A DNA stretch of 64,000 nucleotides, taken from Lama glama. Lineage: Eukaryota. Each line of letters starts with the position of its first letter. The first letter of the stretch is position 1. The stretch covers positions 1,426,001-1,490,000 of the forward strand of contig JAPYYK010000086.1 in assembly GCA_028534125.1 (NCBI GenBank), in the 5' to 3' direction. Below, one piece after another: positions 47,086 to 61,503 of the stretch. Both the position numbers and the translations under genes were made by a program. The notes beneath the pieces were generated by a model that made no database searches, was not told the DNA's origin, and saw only the letters and a list, made by a program, of their open reading frames with translations.

Positions 47086-50000
47086 GTGGGTCCGCGACGC
47101 CTCCACGATGCTCCAGAGAGACATGGTTCTGGGGTTGCATGGACCTGGATGATGGGTGCGAGGACCTCCGAGTAGGAGCAGAGCTGGGGCAGTAGGGTTC
47201 TTGTCCCCTCTGAGCACCAGGAAGACCTGGGCACCTTCAAGGATGAACCTGAAAATGAGCTCCAGCCTCAGGCATCTGAAGGCTCCCTTCCAGCAGCCTT
47301 TGACCTGATCTGATTGGAGAGCCCCAGGGACGGCTCAGAATGCCTTTTTTGGTTATCTTGAGGTAGAAAATAAAAGGAATGAAGAGCAGGCAGGCCTGGA
47401 GCTCGCAGGATGATGCACTTGAGCAGGAAATCCAGCCCCCTTGAGTGCTCGTTTACGAGCACACCTGCTCAGAAGACGCCGGTCTCCCCCTTTTATAGGG
47501 TAGCTCAGATTTTAGACTCTGGTGTCATTTTATAGGCAGTGGAATCATTTGCCACATACGATATGCTGTTGCTCATCAGCGAGTCCCCTTGCAAAGCCCA
47601 GCCAGGCAGGTCGAAATTACTCGTCTAAAACACTTTTATAGGGCTGTCCCCGAGGGCTTCTCCACTCCTGGTTTTCATGAGGGTTTAATGTGATCCTTCA
47701 GTACCGACCGTATGCTCGGCACCAACTGTTGTGACCAACTTAGGAAGGATGGTGCTTTATTCCTGTCTGCTAGTCAGGAGACGGGTTTTTAATTGGAAGC
47801 CCTGGATTCCAGCTACAGTGGTGATGACTGGGCTCTTGTGGCAGGGCGGGGCCGCGGGAGGGGACGCTGGGTTGGAGGTCAGTTTCTGGGAGCTTTTGTC
47901 CTCTGGTTCCCGCACCAGCCTGAGCCGGAGCAGACCAGCCTCCTTTACTGCCTGTTGCTCCCACTTCATCGCTCCCTCCCTCCCTCCCTCCCTGCACACC
48001 TAGATTCAGTCAGGTTCGTGGTGGAGGGGGTTGTGCAAGCAGGTTGGCCAGCAGGTGCTGCTCTTGCCCCTCCCCCACTCCATCCTCTCTCGTCTCTAAG
48101 GGGCACCTCATCGCCCAGCACTTTAAACATTAAAAAATGTTTTGCTGAAGCAACCCATTCCTCACTCAGCCCCATGCTTGGTGTCTGGCAGACACTGTCC
48201 GCCTCTAGCACACTTGTCTTCCTTGGTATGGACCTCAGAAGACATAGCAGACAGGTTTCCCCGCTATCAGTGTCCTCGGAGCCCACTGTGGACTCCCACC
48301 TGAGCTCCTCCAGCCCAGCCGTCATGAGTAACGTTGAACATCTACACAGCACCACGTTTGTGCAGTAAGAAAAAAGGTACCAAAAAAGGTAGACATAGAC
48401 CCCCATCCATTGTGTACTCTTGTATTTTCAGCCCTTATGTTGAATAGAAGAGAACTTACTTCCTCTTATTTGTTGATTTTGCTCTTCACTGAGATAGTCC
48501 ATGATTCCAGCTTGAAGGGATAATCGTAAATTCATGTCTCCAAGCTTCCATAGTAGTTACTAAAACTGTGATTTCACCCTTACCAGTGTATGAGTCTACT
48601 AAGTCCTAAGACTGGTCAAATCTATTCTTTTTCTCAGATTTGTGTTCTCATGTATATATGAGATATATTTGAGAGAGATATATATATACATATAAAAAGT
48701 AGGTTCTTCGAAGGGCTTACGAATTGACAGAAAGCTTTTCACCTTTGGTGCTGAGGTGAGATACCTTGTCATCCCTCTTTCTGAGCCGTTGTCTTCAGTC
48801 TGGTGTCGTAAGATCTCAGCCCCAAGAGGTAGGGGATCTGAGTTCCATTCTGCTTCTGCCCGCCCGCCAGCTCTGTGGCCCCGTGCAGATGACTTAGCCT
48901 CTCCTAGGCCCTCACCTGTGAAGTGGGGAATTACGACAGCCTGATCGATCGATTGGTTGACTGCAGAATGGTCATCTCATCGTTCCAAGGTTGACGTTGC
49001 CTTGTGGCTAATACTTTCTCTTATTTGACCTGTCTCTGTTTCAAAAACAGTTTTTGTTTCAGAGAAACTTAAACACAGCTATAGTTGTCAACTGAAAGAT
49101 GTTAATTGGCTTCAAAGCTTTCTGCTGGTAAGAGAAAAATTGAAAGTACTAACTGAATTAAACATGATTTGCATATTTAGGGTAGGGAGAAATGTACCCA
49201 TTAGAAGTGTAATTAAAATGAAACACATTTTGCCCTCTAAGTAGTCTCTTTCTCTTCTAATACATCTGCAGAAAAGATTTCTCTGGTTTATGCATGAAGC
49301 TGTGTTATTTCCTGCAAGTCTCGCAGAGAATCATCTGTGCTTTGGTGAATCTGTAGCTTGGGCTCAGATACACACTGAGGTCTGTCGGAGATTCACGCTC
49401 TTAATATTTGCTTCTGCGAGTGTTAAGATATTCAGCTCCTGTGCTCTCCAGAAGACCTCTTCCTTGCTCTACTCACACCTTATACACGTACACACATACA
49501 CACACAACGTGCACACACACCCTTCTGTGTGTCCAGATCCTCTCTCCACTGTGCCTCTCTGACATCTTCCCCTGAAGATCCTAGCCCAGCAAAGTGAAAA
49601 CTCTGGGCTTAGAAAACTGGAAGATGGTGAAGAGAAACTGAGTTAGAGTTGCATATGCAGACACTGCGTTACTGGCGGTTTACCCTCCTGGTTATCACGC
49701 TCAGCAGAATACAGTGGGAAATTCTGTTGCTGGATGCATGTGGAGCCCAGGTCCTCAAGCAAGCCCCAGGTAGGTCCATTTTAAAAAAAAAAATTAGGGA
49801 AGAGGGTTACCAAGAGACGCGCTGGGTGCAGATACTTAAATTGCCCTGCCCATCTGCGCTCATGGTACCCTGTCTTCTTGCACCTGCCTAGATACCCAGT
49901 TGATTTGAAAGGCTGGATGTTGGTTCATACTCAGAATGACACTACAATTTCAGTGCAGCGTTAGCTTTACAAAAAGATTTGTGAACTGCATGCTGTAGTT

Positions 50001-51760
50001 GAAGACCATTCATTACAGTTATATTAAAGCTTCATACAGTGGCTCCAGTCACACTTGATGTAGAGAGCTGCCCCCCTGCCCCCGAAGAGAATCCTGACTT
50101 ACCGAAGCATCGCTGAGCTTCGCCATTTCCTGCCTTTTTTCCTTTGAACTTCTTCTTATGAGCTCTTTGTACACACCTTACTGTGAGAGTGATGTACCCA
50201 TCACTCAGCTGCAGCAGCTCTCAGCCCTTTGCCCTTTCTGCCGTCTGTCTCCTCTGTCCTCTCTGGAGTTTTCATACTCAGATCAGAAATGCGCTCCAGT
50301 CCCAGCAGAAACACCAATCGCTATTGTTGCCAGAATGGGTGGTTTCTCATCTTAAACTTACTCTATAAGAAAGCCAGTCATTAACTATAGTTTGACTGAT
50401 TCCTGTTCGGCTCCTCTATTAAATGGTGACATGAGCCACTTAACTTTGTCCCTGTCACTCCCCCAGAGGGTCTCTGACCCGGGTGATGAGATCTCCACGG
50501 CTTCTATCCTCTGCGGGGCCTCGGTTTCCCTCACTGATAAAGTGATCATGTTTACAGCTCCAAAGCCCTACGGTTTGGAAACATGGCCTGTTGCCAAGTG
50601 CAAACATGAAATGAGCAATTATTCAGTTATCTGGGGCTTTGTTGAATTGTGCCATAACTTGACTTTGGATTGAAGCATCCAAAGGCTTGGCTACCTCTAT
50701 AGGCATCGTTATAGACTCACTGGGTCTGTCATTGGCTTGCTGCCCTGAAGTTAAATGATGACTTCACTGGGAAGGGGAAATACACACTGGAGACCCATTT
50801 TCACATACTCCACGCTTCCCTTTGGAGGAGGATAACGCTGAGTGAGACTCTCTTTTGGAAACTTTGCCTCTGGCGTGGAGATGGAAGTTATTCCTGCCGT
50901 GTCTGTTTCTGAGCATCATCCTAAGTGTAAGGCACCACTGAAGAATTCAGAGGAACAGGAAGGACCTGCGCACACAGTGTGGTCCCCGACTTACTGTCCT
51001 CATGCTGAGGGTGCAGCCTGCGTGGCCTCACCAAAAGGGTCGCTGGCCCTTTGCGATGGCTTTGGTGCCACTTCTCCACTGTAGCTGCTGCTGACCATCC
51101 AGGCTGCGGCTCTGGCTCCTAGATGCTCTGCCCCTCAAAAGTCCTGACCAGACTTCAGGAAAACGGCAGGTGACTCCATGTCAGGACAGGGATCGTTGTC
51201 TTGCTTGTCAGCACCAGCGAGTTGGTATAGAATTTTGCGCAAGGGAGGTATATGGAAGTATAGCATTCCTAGTCTGGGGCCAGCTGCGCCAACTCTGAAT
51301 GCTGTGTGTCACCCCCTGCCAGTGGCCCACACTTCTAAAAGGCTCATTGAGTTCTCGGGTCTGCTTGGGCATCTCCTCTGGTCCCAGAACTCTGGGGGGA
51401 ACTGAGGACACAGCACGTGAACTCTGGGTAACCCCCAGATTCCAGAGCTGATGGTGTTGACAGGGGCAGGCAGGGTTTTTAGATGCTCCAACTTTTCCCC
51501 TTTCTCCTCTTCCTTGTCCCCAAATACATCCTCTGTTCCAGTAAGGACTCCAAACAGAAATAAACCAATCTCATGTCATTAAGAGCCTATGAGTCAGCTT
51601 CAAAACAAATGATCGTTTTTCCTCTAGCAGTAAAAAAAAAAAAAAAACTGGGAACAAAAGTGGACTTTGAGGGGCAGAGCGGGAGGGAGGGTGGTGTGGA
51701 GTTCCCAGCGTCCTGACTTGCGGTCTGGAACCTCACACGGCTCCGACTTTGTCTCCGCAG

Positions 51761-51883
51761 CCCAGCCCGTCCTGTACTGGTGCGCCCGCAACATGTCTTT
51801 CTGGAGCAGCATCTCCTTTAACCTGGCCGTCCTGATGAACCTGCTGGTGGCCTTCTTCTACCCATTTAAAGGAGTCCGAGGAG
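51761..51883 (+). CDS. ITPR1: ITPR1 exon (window exon 10): [41 protein letters not shown] (first TM helix)
   Basis: Acceptor tttgtctccgcag, donor GAG|gtactg. 123 nt, phase 1 to 1. Hydrophobic segment. Confidence 0.98.
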
Positions 51884-54404
51884 GTACTGCCCTATCTTTC
51901 ATTTCAAGGGAACTACCAGAAGCAGTAGGAAGGCTGTGACTTACAGCCTAAGTGATCTCTGAAAATGTTGGTGCAATTTACCTGTTTTCAGACAAGATGA
52001 GCTTTTACCATGGGTTTCCTTTGAAATCTAACTTAATTAAATACAGACACACAATTTATATTATCTTACCAGGAAAGAAAGAGAAGAAGCTATAGACAGA
52101 GATCATCTTGGTCAGCCTCCGTGTTTTCTACATTGGGAAAGTGTGTCTCAGAGAGGTTGAGAGACTGAGCCAAAGTCACACAGCCATTAGCAGCCGAGCT
52201 AACCCTAGAGCGTGGATACTTTGATGCTCGGTCCAGTAGATTTTGTTTCCCACGCCATACTTGAGGAATTGATTTCAGACCAAAGAATTTGTAAGAAATC
52301 CCTGGAATTTAATTCTTTTTTTTTTTTTTTGGCAAGAGGTGCATGGAGGCAGGGTTTGAATGACTGCAGACTGGATGTCCCTGGCTGTTTAGTTTATGAA
52401 GAGTTACATGCCATCATTCACATAGAAAAACATGCTGTCTGTGGTCTTTATGGACTTCCCCCCCGGCCCCCCACCAGCCCAGCACTCCTTCCAGGCATCT
52501 GTATGCATGTTCCACATATTTTGCTGGGAACAGGCAACCCATCCAGGAGAGGCATTTTTCTGTTTGGAGCTCCTCGGTTTGCTTAACAGCTTTCTGGAGG
52601 CCTTCACACCTGTGGGGTTCTGGGGGCCACAACAGAAGCTCTTCTATTAAACGTCCACGGCCCAGTTTTTTGACACCTGCTGCAGCCTCCTGGGAGGTCT
52701 GCTTTTCAGCTAAATTTTCACCAGAGCTTTTTGGCAGATCACCTCCCATGTATCTGCCACAACCTGCCTGGAGCCACCTTGTGTGAAACACACTGAGACA
52801 CAGAGCCCAGAAGGAAGACACAAGAACAGTGCGGGAGGAAGTTCTGGGCTCAGCTCTCGAGTTTAATAATGCAGATGTGTAAGCGTGATCGAAGTAAATG
52901 CGAGATCCTGTTTGAGTGTGACGATGTGTCCTATGATGTGTCTAACTTCTTCATTTGAGGAGCTATTCTTTTCTGTTTAGCCTTCAGCTGTGTTGAAGGC
53001 TCCACTTGAATGGCTCCCCCCTCCCCAAAGCACTACGTAAACACGAGCCCAAGGAGGTTTTCCTTTGAAATGCAGTGTCAGGAATCATAGGTGTCCCTGT
53101 CTACAAAGTTGGGCAGGTCCTCGGAGCTGCAGGGTGTCCTCGGGGAGGATGTCTGTCTGGGCCGGGCTGCCAGTCAGCAGAGTCGCGTGTGACGCGCTCG
53201 GCCAGGAGCTCAGGCAGAGGTTACCGAGCCCAGGCCTCCTTTCGCCTCTGGGAAGTTGTCACACCCATCATAGCAGATTCTCTTCAGTTGTTACTTTGGA
53301 TCTGTTTTCATTTACCCTCCACTTCTTTAAAAGACATTTAAAATGGATTTTTGTTACATACCTTGACCATTTTCTTCACTGGTCACTCGTGGCAGTTTGG
53401 AGGCCAGTGTCTGGGGACAGTTTGTTGACAGCTCCGGTCACCTCCAGTGATGAGCCTCATCCAGTGGAAGAGCTAGACTTACCGAGTCTGGACTTGGTGT
53501 CCGGGCCTGGCTCAGCCACTCATCTGCTGTGTGACTCGGGGCAAGCCACTTCAGTCAGTCCACCTTATCTTCTCCATTACGAGGTGCTTAAATCGAGCCA
53601 GAAGTTCTGATACCTAGGTGTGGATTTGGAAATTTCTGAAGAGGTCAGGGGGAGATAGTCACTGACCCAATCAGGATCTCTGGAGCATCCTCTTTCCTAC
53701 CTGTGCACGTTCCTGCCCATACGTCCTGTGTGAGGTGATTGTTAAAGGTCCTTCCAACTTGACAGTGATGGCTCTCAAGGTGGCATCGACTCTGGCTGAT
53801 CCGTGCAAGTCCAGGCTCCCTGTTTTGGCCTTGTGGGCTTTAGAACTTCATACTGATGGACTGAACAGAAAGCGTAATTACATGTCCTCGGAGAAAAGGA
53901 GGATGATCTGACCTAAGGAAGCCCTTTTCGTTATATGGTGACTGATACCACCTCAGACATATCAGCTCACTCAGAGGGATTTTTTTTTTCTTTTTCTTTT
54001 GAAGATGTGTTGGTGGCATCTTCTATACTCACTGTTCACCATCTTCAAGAGGAAGGCTGGATTAGTCCTTCCTCGAAATGAGATCTGGTTGGCTCCCTGA
54101 AAGTGTTAGTTTGAGATCGATATTTGTTCTTGTTGGATCCTAAAACCAGGATACCCAGTGTCCCTCTTGCAGGTGTGTAATGACCTTGCAAAGGGTGCTG
54201 ATGTGGCTCTTTGACTTGGAAGGCTGGCAGCTGCCAAGGACACTGTGGCCTTAAAAGCTCCTTTTCAGAAGTATGGTTCTCTCCCTTTATCTCAGAACTG
54301 ACGAGTCACACAGTCTTTGAAAAGTATGAAAATTAGGCAGCTTCAGATTTCTTACTGAATTTGTAAGCATGCCATGGTAATTAAGGCAAATGAAGTACTA
54401 CTTT

Positions 54405-54780
54405 TAAAACTTTCTTACTGTTGAAATTTTCAAGTATACACACCAGTAGAAAGAACAGTATAATACACTGCCATACACCCATCAGCCCAGCTTTAGCAAT
54501 TATCAGCGTTTTGCCAGTTTTGTTGCATTTGTATTTCTGTGGTATTTTCTGCAAAAGTTTAAAGAAGTCTAGGCAAGTTGTTTCATCCATAAATATTTCA
54601 CTGGGCTGTCCCTAACTTCTGAGAATATTTTAAAATATGTAAAATCACCATACCATTATCATGTCTAACAAAAACTAACAGGAAGTCCTGTAACAGCCTG
54701 TCCATATGCAGGTCTCGCCAGTTGTGTCTCAAAGAGATCTTTCAATAGTTGTTTCTTTGGAACCTAGCATGAATTTTTAG
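54405..54780 (-). mobile_element. Old L1M 3' fragment
   Basis: tgaaattttcaagtatacaca...ccatacacccatcagcccagctttagcaattatcagcgttttgcca. Confidence 0.7.
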
Positions 54781-54899
54781 CTCTGCTTTTACGATGGGAA
54801 GGCAGCAGGTTTTTACATTGTCCCCTTCAGGACTCGGGCACATGCATTGTGCTGGCCACGATTATTATTCTGAGATCTTAAAAGGCAGTTTAAGATGAT

Positions 54900-55870
54900 G
54901 ATTAAGCACTTAAGAAAGTGAAAGGCAAGCCACAGGCTAGAAGAAAATATTTACAAAACGTGTATCAGACAAAAGGCTTAGAATATACAAAGAACTCTTA
55001 CAACTCAGTAATAAAAAGCTACCCAATTAAAACAATGGGCAAAAGATTTGATCAGATACTTTCTACCAAAAAAAGATATATGAATGGCCAGTAAGCACAT
55101 AAAAAGATACTCAAAGATATTCAACATCAGTAGTTATCAGAGAAGGGCAAATGAAAACCACAGTGGCGCCCCACTAGAAACCTGCTCGAACGGCTGCAAT
55201 CGCACCAACTGACATTCCTGAATACTGGCGATGATGTGGAGCGAATGGAACTCACACGTATTGCTGATGGGAAGGGAGAATGGAACCATCATTTTGGAGA
55301 ACTGTATGGTTAGGTCTTCTCAAGTCCGCTCAGTGTCCAAAAGTCTACTTCCATGTATTTGTCCAAGAGAAATGAAAACATACACCCACTCCCAGATGTA
55401 TGCTTGAACATTCCCAGTAGCATTATTCGTAGTAACTCCAAACTGGAAACGACCCAAATAACCATTACTTGTTGGGTGGATAAATAAATGGCGGTATTAT
55501 CCACATGATCGAATCCTACTCAGCCAATAGAGAGAATAAAATATTAATAGATACAATACCCTGAATGAGTTAAACCTTTTGCTGAGCGAAAGAATTAAGA
55601 AGACTACCTACTTAGAAATAAGATTAGTTTTCTCCACTTTTTATGAAATTCTGGAAGATGCAAAGCTCCAGGGATAGAAAGCAGATCTGTCGTTGTGATG
55701 GGAGTGGAGATGGGGCCAGGCATCCAGTGCTAAGGGCCCGGGGAGACCTTTTGTGTGATAAAAATGTTTATATCTTGATTGTGTTGGCAGTTACATGTGG
55801 TTATGTGACTGTATAAACTGCCAAAAGTCATCAGACACTTAAAATGAATGGATTTTTTTAATAAATGATA
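54900..55870 (+). mobile_element. Old L1M, decayed ORF2 end plus 3' UTR (~1 kb)
   Basis: agaatatacaaagaactcttacaactcagtaataaaa...aatgggcaaaagatttga...gaaatgaaaacatac...ttatatcttgattgtg. Confidence 0.88.
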
Positions 55871-57204
55871 GTCAAGGACTGTCTGCTTCGGGGGCATATA
55901 TAAAAGCCGTGTGCTGGGTCACCTTGGCAAGATGCATAACCCAAGAGTCCGTTTCCTCTGGAGTAGAAAGCAGATGATAATAGCAGCCTCCTAGGGTGGC
56001 CAGAGGATTAAGTAAGTGATAATCAACGTAAAGGCCTTGGCACAGTATCGCACAACTGTTAAATGCACGGGAAGGGCCGCCTCTGTCTCTGTAGCTACTT
56101 CTTCCTGAATTTCAGAAAAGCCTGTGCCTCTTTGGGCCCGTTCTTAATCGGGTGTTCCCTCTGAAGGATATCAAGGGGGGGAGGAGGTGAGTGGCTGGGG
56201 CTAGGGGGTCAGTTTTCAGAGAGAAAGTGAGTCTCGGCAGGTGTGGACGAAGTGAACCAGGGCGGCCCGCGGGCTCGTGGAAGAGCTGTAACCGGCAAGG
56301 GTGTCTCTTCCCTGGGCGACGCTGCGATGCCAGCCGTCCTGGAGAAGTGAAACTCCTTTATGTAAGTGGCCTTAATCGTGGACTGGTGCTTGTTTACATC
56401 TGAAGGAAACTCAAAATGTGACAGCATTTGAAATAGGGGTGTTTTTTTTTTTTAATGAGTGTTTTACAGAACCTTATTTTTAGCCATGTTGGCTCGTGTT
56501 ATATAACCAAGCCGTCTCGTGGGACACCCTAAATAGAACTTGCAATAGCGAGAGATGACAAAAACTGGTATAAGCTCTTTGACTACAAGGATAATCTAAT
56601 TGTAGGATGATGCTAATGATACGGAAGTCGCCTTCCTTCTTCCCTTGAAGAAATCTGATTCAGGCAGGGGACCTGCAATTTTCCTCTGCATCCTTTTAAT
56701 AGAAAGGAGAAGTTTGGTCTTCCAGTATGCCTTCCTTGAGAGTGAAGTGTGACCCATGTACGAGTTTTGTTTATTGAACAAACTCATTTGATGGCTGCCT
56801 CCTGGGGGCAGGCGCTTCCCTCGGGGAGCTTGGAGCCTAGTGGGAGTGGGGCTTGGGGAGGGAGGCACTGACCACCAGAAAACAGTGTCTGATAAGGATG
56901 ACCGGGGTACCAAGAATCAGAGAAGGAAGGAGCATCAGGCGTGTTTTGGGAGGAGGAAGAGATGACTCTAAGGTAAGACCTGAGATGAACAGGAAAGGGA
57001 GAATTTGCTGGGTAGGAGGAGCAAGTGTTGGAGGTAAGAAAACATGGATGTGACTGGTTACGTCTGGGGCAGAGAACCGGAGGTGAGGGTTGGGACCACT
57101 CAGGCCAGAGAGGTGGTTAAAGAAGGTACCACTTAGCGCGGGTTGGTCTGTACCTGTCCTCGGTCGAAGCCCTGTTCTGTGAGAGCCCCGCCTTGTCTTT
57201 CCAG

Positions 57205-57380
57205 GAACGCTGGAGCCGCACTGGTCGGGACTGCTGTGGACAGCCATGCTGATATCTCTGGCCATCGTCATTGCCCTCCCCAAGCCCCACGGCATCCGGG
57301 CCCTAATCGCTTCCACAATTCTCCGCTTGATATTTTCCGTCGGGTTACAGCCCACGTTGTTTCTTCTGGGAGCTTTCAAC
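57205..57380 (+). CDS. ITPR1: ITPR1 exon (window exon 11): [59 protein letters not shown]
   Basis: Acceptor tctttccag, donor AAC|gtaagt. 176 nt, phase 1 to 0. Membrane-region sequence. Confidence 0.98.
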
Positions 57381-58439
57381 GTAAGTGTGCGTGCCTCCCC
57401 AGCCACTCTTCTGTGGACACGCAAAGAGGAATGCCTCCCATCCTCCCAACAATCTGGGCCTGTGCTTTCAGTGCAGGAAAATGCCGTCTGGGTCAACTGT
57501 TAAAGGAGCAGGAGCAGGAAAGCCGCAGCTGGCCGTCTCCCTCTTCACCTCCTCACCGTGCCGTGCCCTCTGAACGCTTTATCCAGGCATCAACAGTCTC
57601 ATTTTCAGGCAATATTCGGAATTAGGCAGGGCCAGGAAGGAAGTTAAGACTTGGGTCGGTTTTGCTCATCAGGTTCAAAGTGTGCTCGGACAGGATGTTT
57701 TAGCCAGCAAGTGGAATGAGCACGTGTTACCACGGCACCCACTTGTGGTGAGGACCACAGAGAAGAGTGGGGAGAGGGAAGAGGAGCTGGTCACAGAGAG
57801 GGAGCAGGTGGAGAGGTGGGAGGAGAAGCGGGGAGAGCGGCCTGCACGAGTCGGCAGTGACGTGTGAACACGCGACTGCACTGCCGTCCAAGGGTGGGTG
57901 CCAGCTGCGTCTGCAGACTCCACAGAAGTGGAGGCAGCTGATAGATGACCGTGAAGTTGGAGAGGTTTCCTGGTGAAAGGAGGGAACAACTGTGGACACA
58001 GGAGGCGCTGTGGGGGTCTAAAACTGCCTTCCAGAAATTCTGCCCTGAGCATATCAGGAAGCTAAGATCACTGTACAAAAATGGAAGTGATGTTGCAAAG
58101 CAAGGTGACCATAGTGATTTCGTGCAATAATAAATGTCCCCAGATGGGTATTCAGATGGCAAGGGCATTAGGGGAGAGGAGACCACTTCAAGATGACAAG
58201 CTTAAGGGGAGGAGGCAGGGTTTAGGTTCTGTCTTAAAGAATGGAAAAAATCGAGCCAGGAAGCCCCCATGGGCCAGAGCAATGAGCCATGCCAGGACAT
58301 GCGCAAGGGACAGTCACCAGCTGCGTTTCACCTCCTGTGTGGTTCGTGTAGTGACTTGTAGGGCCGGGTCCACGACAAGTCCTGGGGCCCCTGAATTTTA
58401 GGATTCCACACTGGGTTTCAGCCTCCAGGTCAGCTTCTC

Positions 58440-58700
58440 CAAAGCATTCCAAGTTGATAAATCTTAAGTGAAAAGGGAGTTCCTGGGTCAAATCAATGTG
58501 GGAAATGCTGGGTTAAACAAAACGAAAGGAATTTTTTTAACCCCAGGATTCCTGAGACATTAACATGCTGATACAGGTTATGAATCTCCAAGAAAGGAAA
58601 ACTAGGTATTCATATTTCCCAAACTTAAGTTGCCTAGAGCTTTTGTAAAGTATCACTTGGAATCAGTGTTGCATAGAACACAGGCTGAGAAACTCTATTC
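58440..58700. mobile_element. Probable hAT-Charlie-type DNA transposon fragment
   Basis: gggaaatgctgggttaaacaaa...tgaatctccaaga...tttcccaaactta resembles ancient Charlie-family MERs. Subfamily uncertain. Confidence 0.5.
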
Positions 58701-60374
58701 CCAGTAATGGGAAATGACTCAAGATTTTTGAGCAAAGAAATGGTGTATACGAAGAAATATTCTTGAGAAAATTCACTTGGTAATGGCGTGTTACACAGAT
58801 TCAGGTGGGAGGGATGGGGGCCCAGGGGACCAGTTAGGGCCCCTAGCAGACCTTTTGATGACATGTGACAAGCCTGCTTCTTGGTCATAGTGTAGAAGGA
58901 TGGTACAGATACCAGAGCTTCAAAAGTAGTGGCAGGTGACAGGTGTAGGGGCCGAGCCTTACACCTGAAAGCAATGGAGGACTTGGTCTGAGTCCCTTTC
59001 TCCAGGCAAGGAAGGTACTACTGTCTGGATTGGGTGGTAAAGGAGGCATGTGTGCCTCTGGAGAACAGTGCAGGAGACTGGGCGGAGAGGGGTGCAGCCA
59101 GCCACAACACAGTCATGCAAGACCTGGTTTTCAGGGTGAAAATACACCTCAGCTGTTGACTTACTGGGCTGGCGGTGACAAGTCGAGCTATTAATGTTCG
59201 GCCGTGTGCTTAGAAACGCATGACCCAAGTGGCCGAGACACGTCCGCTTTGAAGGAGGGAATGCAGGCACCACCTGCAGTGAGAGGAAACTGTTTAAGAA
59301 AGAAACACAGAAGGAACAAAGAAACAAAAGGGAACAAAAAAATGCCCAACATTTCAGAGACTATCTCCTAGGGCTGTCACATTCTTCTGTTTTCTCTGGC
59401 CTTTGGTCATTCCACGGTTCTCAATTCTTTAACATAAATTGGTTAGGGAAAGACTCCATTTGGATAATTAATTACCATTTATAATAACATGAGGGGGATA
59501 AAAGCTGAAACAATAAATAATAAGTTATCATTTGGAGGGAATAAAAAAATGTTCCGCACCCACATGAAGCATGTGGGAGAAAGAGCAGCTCTGGACACAC
59601 AGAAGAGGAGCCTTGGAAGAGCTGGTGAGGCCGCACACGGAGGGGTCCCAGAAACCAAGCTCGGTGAGGGGGCTACAAAGGATGCTCAGGGCTGGGGTTC
59701 GGTGCTCAGGGCAGAGGAGAGCCGGGACCGAAAGCCAGATCTGAGGCCAGCCAAGCCGGGTCCACGGGAAGTGGGCACAGCAGACTAAGACCGTGCGATG
59801 CAGTGGAGAGATGTCGGGCAGACGTTAAAGGGGAGAGCGCAGTCACATGAAGCAGACTGCTATGTTGTGAAGACCGCAGCTGCCTGGGCGCATTGGAGAT
59901 CCTAGAATGTCACCGAAAGCTTGGCCTTTTCTTTCTTTCTTTTTTTTTTTTTCCCTCGCTCTGAAACCCCAGCAGCACAGTTCATTGAGAGTCGCTGATG
60001 CTTTCTCACCCTCTGAAAGAGCCAACGCTGGCAAAGGTTAGAATATCAGGGGGAAAAAAAAGAACGGGTGGATTGAAAGTTGAGCCCGTCTGATACGGCG
60101 AACCTTCCCCGTGGGTGTTGGCTCCCTCACTTATCTGACTGCCCAGAAGCTCGCTTACCCTGACCCACCAGATTAGCTGGCAGGTTTCCCTGGCACCTGT
60201 GGCCTGGTTTGCCAGGGTAGCGGGAGCTGGGGTTACCAAGTGCAGCTGAAGAGTCTCATCTCCAGCTCTCTCCTGATTCAGGGTTGTTTTTTTTTTTCTT
60301 TCCTATCAGCACATTGCTAGAAACAGACTTCTCAGCGTGGGGTTTCTATCAAAGGTGCGACTATGTTATACAGT

Positions 60375-60830
60375 AGATCAGCCTTCAGTTGCAGAGGGTT
60401 ATAAAACCTAACCCAGTTTAAACAAGATGTGTTGGTTCACATGACTGAGAATGAAGGGCCCAGCTTCAGGTATAGCTGAATCCAGGGGTCCAGAGAGTGG
60501 CATCAGGGCTCCGTGTCTCTTTTGGCTCTGCACCAGTGGTACCCTAGGGCTCCATGTGACCACAGGATGGATGCTGGCAGCTTCACAGCTCACTTTCTCT
60601 CAGGTTCAAGGTCAGGGGAGAAAATAAAATTGTCTTATGCTGCAGCCCCAGGAAAGATCTCAATGGGTGTCATTGGCGCCATTTGGTCACGTGCCTATCC
60701 CTGAACCAAACATTGTTGCCAGGGAAATACAACATTCTGATTGGCCAGGGTGGAGCCCCCAAGGACCGACACGTGGGCAGGGATGGATCCCCCAAGGAAA
60801 GTTAGAAGTCATTCCCAGAAGGAAGGGGCA
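60375..60830. mobile_element. MaLR LTR (MLT1J/K-like)
   Basis: ttggttcacatgactgagaa...gcttcaggtatagctgaatccagggg...ggtcacgtgcctatccctgaaccaa...tctgattggccagg. Confidence 0.7.
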
Positions 60831-61338
60831 GGGGAGCAGATCTCATCCTGAGGTCCCTTATTCCCCACCCCTAAGAAACTTATCATTTTCCCTGGGAAAT
60901 TTGGAGCAAGGGAAGGCAAGAAATTCAGAAAATACTCTTAATCGTGCTGAGCACAGGGTTCAAGGATTGAGGTGACTTCTGTATTTGACTAACTCATGTA
61001 AGAATGTTAGAAATGATTCATCTCTCATCTTGAAAATAATCATTTCAGTATGTGTTTATTTTGTTTTAGTCATCTACAAACGCCACTTGATTACTGTTGC
61101 ACACGAAGTTCTCTGGCTGTCACATTAACTGGTAACGTGCCTGAAAAGCAGAGGAATGAAATGACTTAGGTCCGCAAAACAATTCTTGGCACGTTCAGTG
61201 GGCATTTGGTGCAACAGGAGGCTTTCACTGGGGCTCGGGCATGGAGAGACGTCTGAGTGTCCATCGCCCTGAGCTCCCACAGAGAGTCTGAAGTTTGGCA
61301 GTGTCCGTGCTTGTCTGACTGGCTGTCCTTGTTCTCAG

Positions 61339-61503
61339 GTCTGCAACAAGATCATCTTTCTGATGAGCTTTGTGGGCAACTGTGGAACATTCACCAGAGG
61401 CTACCGAGCCATGGTCCTGGACGTGGAGTTCCTGTACCACTTGCTCTATCTGCTGATCTGTGCCTTGGGGCTCTTCGTCCACGAGTTCTTCTACAGTTTG
61501 CTG
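61339..61503 (+). CDS. ITPR1: ITPR1 exon (window exon 12): [55 protein letters not shown]
   Basis: Acceptor ttgttctcag, donor CTG|gtgagt. 165 nt. Translated by hand. The gene continues beyond the window. Confidence 0.98.

Noticed and set aside
49147-49174. TACTAAC and octamer ATTTGCAT
   Set aside because: Isolated short motifs with no nearby acceptor or supporting cluster. Expected by chance in 64 kb.
56837-57496. 219-aa minus-strand ORF
   Set aside because: Overlaps exon 11 in antisense plus repeat-like intron. No homology recognised.
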